32,806 nucleotides of DNA from an uncultured Muribaculaceae bacterium (GTDB taxonomy: Bacteria > Bacillota_I > Bacilli_A > RF39 > UBA660), in NCBI GenBank assembly GCA_964404455.1, contig CAYOJY010000002.1, positions 1-32,806 of the forward strand. The letters run 5' to 3'. Every line of letters begins with the position of its first letter. The first letter of the stretch is position 1. The notes under the pieces were generated by a model, which was not told the DNA's origin, did no database searches, and saw nothing but the letters and a program-made list of their open reading frames with translations. Shown piece after piece: positions 9,118-18,312 of this stretch. A program made the position numbers and the translations under genes.

Positions 9118-9969
9118 ATCTAAATAACTAATTATTTCGTTAAGAGTAATATTTAAATCCTCAAAATTAACCTCAAACCAATTAATATTCATCTTATTAT
9201 TAAACCAAGTATATTGCCTCTTAGCATATCTTCGACTATTTTTTTTAATACGATTAATAGCTTCTTCCAAACTAATTAATCCCTCTAATTGTTGAATTAT
9301 TTCTTTATAACCAATCGCACTATTTAATACTCTACTTTTATTTTTATATAAATATAAGCTTTTTACTTCATCAATTAAGTCTTCCTCAATCATATGATCT
9401 ACCCGTTGATTAATTTTTTCATATAAGATATCTCGTTTAGTAGTAAGCCCAATAAATTTTACATCATATAATAATTTATTTCCATTTTGAGAACTATTTT
9501 CTTTTTTTAAAAAACGGATTAATCGTAACCGATTATTAATATGAATTTGCATATTAGAATCTTTTTTTAAAGCTAATTCATATAATTCCTCATTTGAAAA
9601 ATTTTCATAATTAATATTATTTGTTTCCCTTTTAAATTCATAATCATATAAACCAGCCATTAAATAAAGACCGGTTCCGCCAACAATTATAATATTTCGA
9701 TCTTCATTTAACTTTATTATATTTCGTAAATCTTTTTGATAATCAATGACGTTATATTCTTCAGTAATACTTTTTATATCAAATAAATAATGTTCTAAAC
9801 ATGATTTTTCTTCTTTTTTAGGTTTAGCACTACCAATATTTAATTCCTTATATATTTGAATAGCGTCCGCATTTATAACAATTGCCTGGTATTTTTGAGC
9901 CAGCAATTCGCTTATTTTAGTTTTTCCAACCCCAGTTGGCCCCACCACTGCAATAATCAATTTAATCAC
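9103..9969 (-). CDS. miaA: tRNA dimethylallyltransferase
   Basis: VVGPTGVGKT P-loop, GGTGLY motif, about 288 aa. The start at 9969 is a GTG. The TTG at 9960, preceded by AAGGTGA, is an alternative. Confidence 0.9.
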   Translation of the reverse strand: MIKLIIAVVGPTGVGKTKISELLAQKYQAIVINADAIQIYKELNIGSAKPKKEEKSCLEHYLFDIKSITEEYNVIDYQKDLRNIIKLNEDRNIIIVGGTGLYLMAGLYDYEFKRETNNINYENFSNEELYELALKKDSNMQIHINNRLRLIRFLKKENSSQNGNKLLYDVKFIGLTTKRDILYEKINQRVDHMIEEDLIDEVKSLYLYKNKSRVLNSAIGYKEIIQQLEGLISLEEAINRIKKNSRRYAKRQYTWFNNKMNINWFEVNFEDLNITLNEIISYLDAIKK

Positions 9970-10039
9970 CTTAAAATTATTATAATATATCTTCTTGTAA
10001 TTAACAAATAATTTTGTTATATTAAATTTGGTGATTTTA

Positions 10040-11158
10040 ATGCAATCAATTGGGATAATTTGTGAATTTAATCCCTTTCACAATGGCCATCATTATTTTA
10101 TCAATGCGATTAAAAAAGCTTATCCTAACCATTTATTAATTTTAATATTAAATGGTTATTTTTTAGAACGGGGGGAACCATCAATTATTTCTAAAAAAGA
10201 TAAAACAAGGCTATCTCTTTATTACGGTATTGATATAGTTTTGGAATTACCTTTTGTTTATGGAACTCAAAGTGCTGATGTTTTTGCTGAAGCCTCTTTG
10301 AAAATATTAAATGAATTCCAAATAGAAAAATTGATTTTTGGAAGCGAAACAAATAATAAGGAAATATTAATAAAAATTGCTAACTACCAATTAAATAATC
10401 AAACATTTAATAATGATGTCCGCTTAAATTTAAAAACCGGAATTAACTACCCTACAGCAATAGCTAAAGCTCTTAATTTAAAAGATTTTTCCTTTATGCC
10501 AAATGATTTATTAGGAATTTCTTATACCAAAGCAATAATAAAAAACAATTTTAAAATAGATATTGAAACTATAAAAAGAACTAATAATTTCCATGATAAT
10601 CTGAGTGATAATTATATTATAAGTGCCTCAAATATTCGTTTGAAAATTAAAGAAAAACAAAATATTAATAAATATGTTCCTAATAAAACATTAAAATATA
10701 TTGGGAAAATTGATGAGGAAAAGTTATTTTCATTACTTAAATATAAAATAATAGCTTCAAATAATTTAAGTGATTATTTAGATGTTGATGAAGGAATAGA
10801 ATATCGGTTAAAAAGCATTATTAATGATGCTCAAAATTATCAAGATTTAATTCAAAAAATTAAAACTAAAAGATATACATATAATCGAATAAATCGGATG
10901 TTGGTTCATATATTAATTGGTTTTACTAAACAAGATAATAATATAATTGAACTTGATTATATTAAAATTTTAGGTTTTAATGAAAAAGGAAAAAATTATC
11001 TTAACAAAATTAAAAAAGAAATTAATATTCCATTAATTACCAATAAAAGCTCTTTAATTTATAATTATGAATTAAAATCAGCTTTAATATATGATTTAAT
11101 AACCAATTCTGATACATTTAATTTTGAAAAATTCAATAAACCTGTATATTTTGAATAA
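10040..11158 (+). CDS. tmcAL: tRNA(Met) cytidine acetate ligase (YlbM/UPF0348 family)
   Basis: GIICEFNPFHNGHHYFI is the HxGH-type nucleotidyltransferase signature of the family. About 370 aa. The start is set at the ATG at 10040 (GGTGA RBS) rather than the TTG at 10028. Confidence 0.8.
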   Translation: MQSIGIICEFNPFHNGHHYFINAIKKAYPNHLLILILNGYFLERGEPSIISKKDKTRLSLYYGIDIVLELPFVYGTQSADVFAEASLKILNEFQIEKLIFGSETNNKEILIKIANYQLNNQTFNNDVRLNLKTGINYPTAIAKALNLKDFSFMPNDLLGISYTKAIIKNNFKIDIETIKRTNNFHDNLSDNYIISASNIRLKIKEKQNINKYVPNKTLKYIGKIDEEKLFSLLKYKIIASNNLSDYLDVDEGIEYRLKSIINDAQNYQDLIQKIKTKRYTYNRINRMLVHILIGFTKQDNNIIELDYIKILGFNEKGKNYLNKIKKEINIPLITNKSSLIYNYELKSALIYDLITNSDTFNFEKFNKPVYFE

Positions 11159-11205
11159 CTATGGTTATACTATTAGAGTAGTGAAAGAATATTTCACTAC
11201 ATAGT

Positions 11206-11235
11206 AAGCTGGCAATGATCTTGCCAGCTTTTTTT
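11206..11235 (+). terminator. Rho-independent terminator of tmcAL (AAGCTGGCAA-tgatc-TTGCCAGCTT followed by a T-run)
   Basis: A 10-bp GC-containing stem followed by a T run. A second 8-bp hairpin precedes it (GTAGTGAA/TTCACTAC, 11178-11200). Confidence 0.75.
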
Positions 11236-11258
11236 ATTTATTTTAATTGTTATAATAT

Positions 11259-12236
11259 TTATAATAATCTTTTTTTTAAATCAGATTCCTCTTTAGGCGA
11301 CAAATAAGATAGCGGTAAATCAAAAATAGTAATAGCCCCCGTTTTGCCTTCTTTAGCCATTTTAAATGTTGCTCGCGCACAAGACAATAATACATTGGCA
11401 GTAAATTCAGGATTACTTTCCAATTGTAAGAAAAATTTCATTAATTGTTTAGTATTTTCGTCGGTTATGCCTTGAGTTAAAACTATCCCACCATGAGGCA
11501 TTTTATTATGCTTTTCTTTTAATTCAGTTAAAGAAACAAAATTTACAATTGTATCATAATCAGCAAAATAATTTGGCATTGTTTTAATTGATTTTTCAAT
11601 TTCATCTTTATTAATCTCATTTTCAATAACAACATAACATTCGCGTAAATGCTTTTCTCTAGCAATTAAGTTTGTTTTACCTTCCTCAGCTTTTTCAATA
11701 GCTTCTTTTATAGGTATGGTATATTGTATTGCATCAATAACTCCCGGTATTTTTCTAATTGCTTCTGAATGTCCCTGAGATACTCCTGGTCCCCAAAAAG
11801 TTTCAGTATGGCTTTTTGGTAAAATTGTTTCAAATAATAATCTCATTATAGAGAACAATCCAGGATCCCAGCCAATAGATATTAAACCTAATTTACCACC
11901 AGCAATTCCCGCTTGATTCATTTTAGCGTAATATTCCGGGATTTTTGCATGATTATCATAACTATCTATTGTATTAAAATGACACAACAAATCTGGTCCT
12001 TGAATCGGTAAATCTATTGCTGAACCCCCGCAAAGTATTAAAATATCTAATTTACCTTTCCAATCTAAAATATCTTTAGTATTTAGAACTTTTACATCTG
12101 AAATAGTTTTTATATCCTTAACATTCCTTCTTGTAAAAATACCTATTAAATCAAAATCAGGGTTTTGTTTAATTGCTTTTTCTACCCCTTTACCTAAATT
12201 ACCATAACCTACTATTCCTACTTTAATTTTATTCAT
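11259..12236 (-). CDS. ddh: meso-Diaminopimelate D-dehydrogenase
   Basis: MNKIKVGIVGYGNLGKG Rossmann motif. The 325-aa length and overall pattern match Ddh (one-step lysine/DAP branch). Confidence 0.8.
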   Translation of the reverse strand: MNKIKVGIVGYGNLGKGVEKAIKQNPDFDLIGIFTRRNVKDIKTISDVKVLNTKDILDWKGKLDILILCGGSAIDLPIQGPDLLCHFNTIDSYDNHAKIPEYYAKMNQAGIAGGKLGLISIGWDPGLFSIMRLLFETILPKSHTETFWGPGVSQGHSEAIRKIPGVIDAIQYTIPIKEAIEKAEEGKTNLIAREKHLRECYVVIENEINKDEIEKSIKTMPNYFADYDTIVNFVSLTELKEKHNKMPHGGIVLTQGITDENTKQLMKFFLQLESNPEFTANVLLSCARATFKMAKEGKTGAITIFDLPLSYLSPKEESDLKKRLL

Positions 12237-12313
12237 TTTTAACTCAACCTCCTTTATTTAAATATATTAACTATTTCCTAAAAATTTATGTATTTTTTTA
12301 ATAATTTTTAATT

Positions 12314-12390
12314 TGGCGTCCTCGAAGGGATTTGAACCCTTGACCAAATGCGTCGGAGGCATTTACTCTATCCAGCTGAGCTACGAGGAC
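12314..12390 (-). tRNA. tRNA-Arg (anticodon CCG), with an encoded CCA end
   Basis: The reverse complement GTCCTCGTAGCTCAGCTGGATAGAGTAAATGCCTCCGACGCATTTGGTCAAGGGTTCAAATCCCTTCGAGGACGCCA folds by hand into a cloverleaf. It has a 7-bp acceptor stem, a GCTC/GAGT D stem, an AATGC/GCATT anticodon stem with loop CT-CCG-AC, and an AAGGG/CCCTT T stem with a TTCAAAT loop. Confidence 0.95.
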
Positions 12391-12455
12391 ACACCATTAT
12401 TTTAGCATAAAAAATAGCTTTTAAAAACTAATTAAAAACTATTTTGGTAAATATC

Positions 12456-13505
12456 TTAAAATAATCTAATAATATCCTGAATTGCCACATAAATCATCAA
12501 AAGAATTAAGAAAGCAAAACCGACAAGATGAAAGGCGTTTTCTACTTTAGAATTTATAGGACTTCCTTTAATTTTTTCAATTATTAAAAATATTATTCTT
12601 CCGCCATCAAATGCTGGAAAAGGCAATATGTTAATAAAGCCGACATTAATAGATAAAAATGCGGTTAAATATAACATATATGATAAACCATGACTTAAAG
12701 AACTATCGACTACCTGATACATCCCGACTGGTCCAGCTAAGGAATTAAGGCCTATTTTACCACTAAATAAACCATATATTGTTAAAGACATTGTATCAAT
12801 AATACTTTGAAACTTTACAAAAGCATATTTTACACAATCTACCACTGTTTTAGTTTCTTGACTAGTAACTTCAATTCCAAATACTTTTGATGTTTTACCA
12901 CTTTCATCTGTAACTTCTTTTGGCTCTATATTATAAACTTTACTATTTCCACTCTCATCTTTTATTTTAAACTCATAAACACCATCAGCGTCTTTCATAT
13001 GTAAAATAATTTGAGCTGAATCCCAATTCCGAACCTTATAGCCATTTATAGCCTCTATTGTATCTCCAGCCTGAACTCCAGCTGCCGCAAAAGGATGGTT
13101 TTCTAAAACCGTTTTAATTTTAGGTGTAAGTATAACTCCTCCCCAAATTAAAGCAATACTAAAAAAAATAATAATAGCTAAAATAAAGTTGTTAATTACC
13201 CCAGACGCTAAAATAACTATCCGTTGATACCACTTTTTATTACACATAAAGGCTTCAAGCGGTATTTTGTTATCATCTTCGTATACTTCACCGGCCATTT
13301 GAACAAATCCACCAATGGGGATTGCCCGAACGTTATATTTAATATTATCTTTACCCAACTTACTATAAACAATTGGTCCCATTCCAATAGAAAATTCATA
13401 AATGTGAACTTTGTATTTTTTAGCCCAGAAAAAATGTCCCAGCTCATGAACTAAAATTATAACTCCTAAAATTAATATTAAAATAATTAATGATAATAAA
13501 TTCAT
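12456..13505 (-). CDS. rseP: RIP site-2 zinc metalloprotease (RseP/RasP family)
   Basis: HELGHF zinc motif in TM1, a central PDZ-like region, and a C-terminal LPFPAFDGG motif. Confidence 0.9.
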   Translation of the reverse strand: MNLLSLIILILILGVIILVHELGHFFWAKKYKVHIYEFSIGMGPIVYSKLGKDNIKYNVRAIPIGGFVQMAGEVYEDDNKIPLEAFMCNKKWYQRIVILASGVINNFILAIIIFFSIALIWGGVILTPKIKTVLENHPFAAAGVQAGDTIEAINGYKVRNWDSAQIILHMKDADGVYEFKIKDESGNSKVYNIEPKEVTDESGKTSKVFGIEVTSQETKTVVDCVKYAFVKFQSIIDTMSLTIYGLFSGKIGLNSLAGPVGMYQVVDSSLSHGLSYMLYLTAFLSINVGFINILPFPAFDGGRIIFLIIEKIKGSPINSKVENAFHLVGFAFLILLMIYVAIQDIIRLF

Positions 13506-13514
13506 ATTCTCTCC

Positions 13515-14297
13515 CTATAAAAAAACTCGTAAAATCATAAACAATATTGTTACGATTAAAATGCTGTCTAAACGATCTAATATTCCACCATGGCCAGGCA
13601 TAATATTTGAAAAATCTTTTATCTTATTATCCCTTTTTATTTTACTAAATATTAAATCACCAATTTGCGCAAAAACAGCTAATAATGCCGTTACTATCAA
13701 TAATTGGTAACTAAAATCACCAATTAAATTAATATAAATAATAATTGGAACTACTAAGGCGATTAAAAAGCCGCCAATACTTCCTTCAACTGTTTTTTTC
13801 GGACTAATATTAGGTGCTAATTTATGCTTACCAATTAGTTTTCCAAATAACATCGCAAAAGTATCTCCTAAAATTGTTATTGAAAATAAATATATTAATA
13901 AATATATATTTTGCCCAATAAAAATTAATCCATTAAAACCTAAGCCAATAAATAATATTAATCCTATTAAATAAAAGGCATCTGTAGAATTATAATTTTT
14001 TTGATAAAAAATTGTTGGTGTTGATAATAACAATAGCGGAATTAATATTTGAACGTAACTAATACTATTAAAACTTTCACTTTCAAAATTAATAAATACT
14101 AAACATAACAATGATATTACCCCTAATATTTTAATTAATATTGGCATTTTTTTATCAAATATACTTAAACTTAATATTTCTTTGTAAGCTAAAAGTGCTA
14201 AAACACTAATTAAAAAAATATAATATTTACCACCTAAAATTATTATTGGAACACATATTAAAATAGCAATTATTGCACTTATTATTCTTTGTTTCAT
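13515..14297 (-). CDS. cdsA: Phosphatidate cytidylyltransferase
   Basis: A polytopic membrane protein with the C-terminal signature SKIKRDNKIKDFSNIMPGHGGILDRLDS. It is adjacent to rseP, as is typical in Firmicutes. Confidence 0.9.
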   Translation of the reverse strand: MKQRIISAIIAILICVPIIILGGKYYIFLISVLALLAYKEILSLSIFDKKMPILIKILGVISLLCLVFINFESESFNSISYVQILIPLLLLSTPTIFYQKNYNSTDAFYLIGLILFIGLGFNGLIFIGQNIYLLIYLFSITILGDTFAMLFGKLIGKHKLAPNISPKKTVEGSIGGFLIALVVPIIIYINLIGDFSYQLLIVTALLAVFAQIGDLIFSKIKRDNKIKDFSNIMPGHGGILDRLDSILIVTILFMILRVFL

Positions 14298-14349
14298 AAT
14301 TTGTTTTTTTATTCCTTCCTTAATAATTATATACTATTTTTAAAATTTA

Positions 14350-14384
14350 ATAAAGAAAATATGAAGTTTTCTCGCTTCATATTT
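14350..14384 (-). terminator. Hairpin AAATATGAAG-cgagaaaa-CTTCATATTT followed by T-rich sequence, downstream of the DivIVA-domain gene
   Basis: A 10-bp inverted repeat, read directly. It overlaps the stop codon, and T-rich sequence follows on the minus strand. Confidence 0.4.
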
Positions 14385-14808
14385 ACAAGTGTTCTTCAAA
14401 TTTTTCTATTTCTTCTAAACTATCTTCTACCATATTTCTAAAACGTTTTTTAAATATAACAACTTTTCTTCTTAAAACTTCAGCTTCATGTTCAACTTTT
14501 TCAGCCCTTAATAAAGCATTATTAACAATACGGGAAGCATTTTTTTTAGCATCCTCAATTAATAATTTTGATTCATCAAAAGCAACCTTTTTAATCGTGT
14601 TACTTGATTCTTCAGCAAGGATTATTGCCCGATTTAAAGTGTTTTCCAAATTACGATATTTTCCCAATTCTGATGACAAAGCTAATCGTTTTTGATCACA
14701 ATCCTTAAGCTTATTTAAAACTTCTTCATATTCACGAATAACATCATTAACAAATTTATTAACTTCTTTTTTAGAGTATCCTGGAATACTAGTATTAAAC
14801 TTCTCCAT
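14383..14808 (-). CDS. divIVA: DivIVA-domain cell-division protein
   Basis: The N-terminal F..S..GYSKKEVNKFVNDVIREYE is the DivIVA lipid-binding domain signature, and the rest is coiled-coil. It lies downstream of sepF. Confidence 0.8.
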   Translation of the reverse strand: MEKFNTSIPGYSKKEVNKFVNDVIREYEEVLNKLKDCDQKRLALSSELGKYRNLENTLNRAIILAEESSNTIKKVAFDESKLLIEDAKKNASRIVNNALLRAEKVEHEAEVLRRKVVIFKKRFRNMVEDSLEEIEKFEEHL

Positions 14809-14823
14809 ATTTTACTCCTTTTT

Positions 14824-15237
14824 TTACCAATTTAATTCATCTTCAATGTTTGTTTTACTATTATTTTTCTCATTATCATCTGTAATTTTACCTTGAACAC
14901 TAACATTTTTAGGTGCACAAATATATATACCAACGCCTATTTTTTGCATTGATCCGCCAATTGAATATATGCATCCGCTTAAAAAATCAATTATTCTTTT
15001 TGCTTGATCAGAAGTAACTCTTTTTAAATTAACTACTACACTGTTACGATTTTTTAAATGATCGGCAATTTGTTGAGCTTCGGAAAAAGCCCGTGGTTCC
15101 AACAATATCATTTTATTTCCAGTTTTATTTGCTTCTTTAATCATTTCTGTTTCCGACATATTATAATATTCATCTTCAGTTCCTATTAAATTGTCTTCAT
15201 CTTCTTCTTTAAAAAATTTTTTAAAATTAAAGGCCAT
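14824..15237 (-). CDS. sepF: Cell division protein SepF
   Basis: ILLEPRAFSEAQQIADHLKNRNSVVVNLKRVTSDQAKRIIDFLSGCIYSIGGSMQKIG matches the conserved SepF core. The start is set at the ATG at 15237 (MAFNFKK...), preceded by AGGAGGAATA. Confidence 0.85.
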   Translation of the reverse strand: MAFNFKKFFKEEDEDNLIGTEDEYYNMSETEMIKEANKTGNKMILLEPRAFSEAQQIADHLKNRNSVVVNLKRVTSDQAKRIIDFLSGCIYSIGGSMQKIGVGIYICAPKNVSVQGKITDDNEKNNSKTNIEDELNW

Positions 15238-15304
15238 ATTTATTCCTCCTATTTTCTTACTATTTAATAATATCAAAGAATTAATTAACTTTCAACTAAT
15301 TTTA

Positions 15305-16681
15305 TTAAAATTCAACTTTTTCTTTAATATAATCAACTAATTTATCAATATTTAAAGAAATTTGCTCCATCGTATCACGATTTCTTAATGTTACAATATC
15401 TTTTTCTAAACTATTATCATCAATAGTAATTGCAAAAGGAGTTCCAATCGCATCACTTCGGCGATATCTTTTGCCAATACTTCCGGCATCATCTATTTGA
15501 CAAGAAAAATATTTAGTCAATTTATTATAAATCTCATAAGCTTTTTTACCATGAATTTTTTTAATTAATGGTAAAACACTCACTTTTATTGGCGCTAATG
15601 CGGGAATTAACTTTAAAACAATTCTTTCATCTGAATTATTAATTTTTTCTTTTTCATAAGCATTTACTAATATTGCTAATAATAATCGATCTAAACCAAC
15701 CGAAGGCTCAATCACATATGCTAAATATTTTTCATTAGTTTCAGAATCAATAGTTCTTAAATCAACTTTTGATTTTTCCATATGGACGTTTAAATCATAA
15801 TCAGTTCGATCAGCTATACCCCATAATTCACCCCAACCCATTGGATATAAAAACTCAATATCAGTTGTAGCTGCACTGTAAAAGGATAATTCTTCTTTAG
15901 CATGATCACGATATCTTAAATTTTCTTCTTTAATCCCTAATTCAATTAAAAAATCCAGACAATATTTTTTCCAATATTTAAACCATTCCAAATCCGTACC
16001 AGGCTTACAAAAAAACTCCAATTCCATTTGTTCAAATTCTCTTGTTCGAAAAATAAAATTACCCGGGGTTATTTCATTTCTAAAAGCTTTACCTGTTTGA
16101 GCTACCCCAAAAGGTAATTTTAAACGCATACTTCTTTCAATATTTTTAAAATTAACAAAAATACCTTGAGCCGTTTCCCCACGTAAATAAACTAAATTCT
16201 TATTTCCTTCAGTAACCCCTATGGAAGTTTCAAATAATAAATTAAATTTTCTAATTGAAGTATAATCTAATTTTTCACATTTGGGACATAAAATATTATT
16301 TTCATTGATATATTTTTCTAATTCTTCATTAGACCAGCCATCCGCGGTTATTTTGCCTTTCGTAAAATCTTCTACTAGTTTGTCCGCCCGATGTCTTGCT
16401 TTACATTTTTTACAATCAATTAAAGGATCGGCAAAAGATGCGACATGACCAGAAGCAACCCAAACATCAGGATTCATAATAATTGCTGCATCCAGCCCTA
16501 CATTATATTCACATTCCTGAATAAATTTTTTCTTCCAAGCATTTCTAATATTTTCTTTTAAATTAGTCCCTAATGGACCATAATCCCAAGAATTAGCTAA
16601 ACCATTATATATTTCACTTCCTTGAAATATAAATCCATACTGTTTACAATAATTAACGATTTCTTCCATTGTTAGTTTCAT
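15305..16681 (-). CDS. glyQS: Glycine--tRNA ligase (single-chain, class II, alpha2 type)
   Basis: YGFIFQGSEIYNGLANSWDYGPLG, FRNEITPGNFIFRTREFEQMELEFF and GLDRL motifs. The start is set at the ATG at 16681 (MKLTMEE...), with GAGGTGG 6 nt upstream. Confidence 0.95.
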   Translation of the reverse strand: MKLTMEEIVNYCKQYGFIFQGSEIYNGLANSWDYGPLGTNLKENIRNAWKKKFIQECEYNVGLDAAIIMNPDVWVASGHVASFADPLIDCKKCKARHRADKLVEDFTKGKITADGWSNEELEKYINENNILCPKCEKLDYTSIRKFNLLFETSIGVTEGNKNLVYLRGETAQGIFVNFKNIERSMRLKLPFGVAQTGKAFRNEITPGNFIFRTREFEQMELEFFCKPGTDLEWFKYWKKYCLDFLIELGIKEENLRYRDHAKEELSFYSAATTDIEFLYPMGWGELWGIADRTDYDLNVHMEKSKVDLRTIDSETNEKYLAYVIEPSVGLDRLLLAILVNAYEKEKINNSDERIVLKLIPALAPIKVSVLPLIKKIHGKKAYEIYNKLTKYFSCQIDDAGSIGKRYRRSDAIGTPFAITIDDNSLEKDIVTLRNRDTMEQISLNIDKLVDYIKEKVEF

Positions 16682-16731
16682 ACTATCCACCTCTTTCATA
16701 ATTATACAAAAAAAAAAGCATTTCTTCTACT

Positions 16732-17370
16732 TTAATTAACTGTTTCCACTAATTTTGACAATTTTATTATAACTAAACTTTTTAATTTAACGTTTTTTAA
16801 ATAACAATCACCACATAAAGGCACGTATTCAACACTATTAGCAGAACCATCAATTATAATAATTTCACCTTTATCCGTAAATTTATCATTTTCTTTTCTG
16901 GCATTAAATATTGCTTTCTTCCCGCAACTGCATATACTGATACTACCTATTTCTTCAATTTCATCAGCTAAAGAAAATAAAGATGCTATCGCACCAGAAA
17001 ATATTTTTCCGGCAAAGTTACTCTTAAGACCATAAGTAATAACGGGAATATTTATTAAATGAGCAATAGCCCAAAGTTCTTCAATATGACTTTCCTCTAA
17101 AAATTCTACTTCATCAACTAAAATTATTCGAGCATTGTAATATATTTTATAATATTCTTCTTTTAATAAAGACTCATTTTCTGAAAGTAAGATATCAACC
17201 TTTCGATCAATCCCAATACGGGATAAAATATGATCAGCACCTTTAGTATCTTTTTCAGGTTTGATGATTACAAATTTAAGTTTTTTTTCTTCATATCCAT
17301 TAGCTGTTTGCAAAATATTAATAGATTTACCACAATTCATTGGTCCATATTTAAAAACTAAATTAGCCAT
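16732..17370 (-). CDS. tdk: Thymidine kinase
   Basis: MANLVFKYGPMNCGKS P-loop, VDEVEF Walker B-like motif, and C-terminal zinc-ribbon cysteines (CSCG...CGDC). The start is set at the ATG at 17370 (GGTGA RBS). Confidence 0.9.
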   Translation of the reverse strand: MANLVFKYGPMNCGKSINILQTANGYEEKKLKFVIIKPEKDTKGADHILSRIGIDRKVDILLSENESLLKEEYYKIYYNARIILVDEVEFLEESHIEELWAIAHLINIPVITYGLKSNFAGKIFSGAIASLFSLADEIEEIGSISICSCGKKAIFNARKENDKFTDKGEIIIIDGSANSVEYVPLCGDCYLKNVKLKSLVIIKLSKLVETVN

Positions 17371-17445
17371 TACTATCACCATTTTAATATTAACATGAAT
17401 AAATTTTAATTACAAATTTATATTTTCCAATTGCATTTTTTTCTA

Positions 17446-18177
17446 TTATATATTTATAATATTTTTTAAAAAACTTTTACTTTTTAAATAAAGACCGGTA
17501 TAATTATCATAATAATTATTTAAAAATATATTAATTTCTGTTTTAATATCATCATCTATTTTTATTTTAGAAATACTTTTTATATCAACTAAATAATACA
17601 TTCTTAATAATTTTAATACTTTAGGATTCATTATTTTTTGGCCCCTATAACATTTTTTACAAATTAACCCCCCATTTGTGGCATCTATTGTAATAATTTC
17701 TTTTTGATTATTACAAATCACACAAAAATCCAGGTTTATTCCTACTCCAATAAATTGAAGATATTTTACTTCTAAGATATTTGTCAGGATTAATGGATCT
17801 AAATTAGAGTCTAATTTTAATATAGCTTGAATAAACAAATCAAATATTTTTTCATTATTTGTTTCTTTTAAAATTTGATTTGTTAAATCAGTAATATAAG
17901 TTAAATAACTAATTAAAATTAAATCATTTTTAATATTTTTCAATGGATTAATTATATCTACTGATACAAGTGTCGAAAGTTTATTTTCTTTATAATAAAT
18001 TTGAAAAAAACCATAAGTAAATTTAATTGTTGAACTTCGCAAAGTAGATTTCATAGATTTAGCGCCCTTAGCTATAATCCCTAATAAACCGTATTCCTTT
18101 GTGAAGACATTAATTATTTTAGAAGTTTCTCCATATGCTGTTTCATTAATTATAAAACCTTCAACACATTTTAACAT
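17446..18177 (-). CDS. recO: DNA repair protein RecO
   Basis: N-terminal OB-fold-like region (EGFIINETAYGETSKIINVFT), a central Cys-x2-Cys ... Cys-x2-Cys zinc motif (CVICN...CKKC), and the conserved era-yqzL-recO position. Confidence 0.85.
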   Translation of the reverse strand: MLKCVEGFIINETAYGETSKIINVFTKEYGLLGIIAKGAKSMKSTLRSSTIKFTYGFFQIYYKENKLSTLVSVDIINPLKNIKNDLILISYLTYITDLTNQILKETNNEKIFDLFIQAILKLDSNLDPLILTNILEVKYLQFIGVGINLDFCVICNNQKEIITIDATNGGLICKKCYRGQKIMNPKVLKLLRMYYLVDIKSISKIKIDDDIKTEINIFLNNYYDNYTGLYLKSKSFLKNIINI

Positions 18178-18178
18178 T

Positions 18179-18268
18179 TTAACCCTTCTTTGCTGCTTTT
18201 TTATATTCTAAATAATCAGATACTTTTCCAGTTTTAGCAAACTTATCCCAAGCTTCCTTTTTATTCAT
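18179..18268 (-). CDS. yqzL: YqzL-family small protein (29 aa), not in the ORF track
   Basis: Manual translation gives MNKKEAWDKFAKTGKVSDYLEYKKAAKKG. AAGGTGA RBS. It sits exactly between era and recO, like B. subtilis yqzL. The W..F..TG....YL.YK pattern fits that family. Confidence 0.6.
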   Translation of the reverse strand: MNKKEAWDKFAKTGKVSDYLEYKKAAKKG

Positions 18269-18312
18269 TCATATCACCTTTCTATTTATATTGTGATATG
18301 TTTTTTCGTTTT

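Noticed and set aside
11161-11205. Nested hairpins (CTATG...CATAG enclosing GTAGTGAA/TTCACTAC) before the tmcAL terminator, considered as a small RNA or riboswitch
   Set aside because: The element lies downstream of both convergent genes, so no gene is left for it to regulate. It is most simply part of a compound 3' terminator region. No known motif was recognised.
13217-13454. Two 76-aa ORFs (one on each strand) from the track
   Set aside because: Both lie entirely inside the rseP coding region, in other frames or on the other strand. They are typical spurious ORFs of AT-rich DNA.
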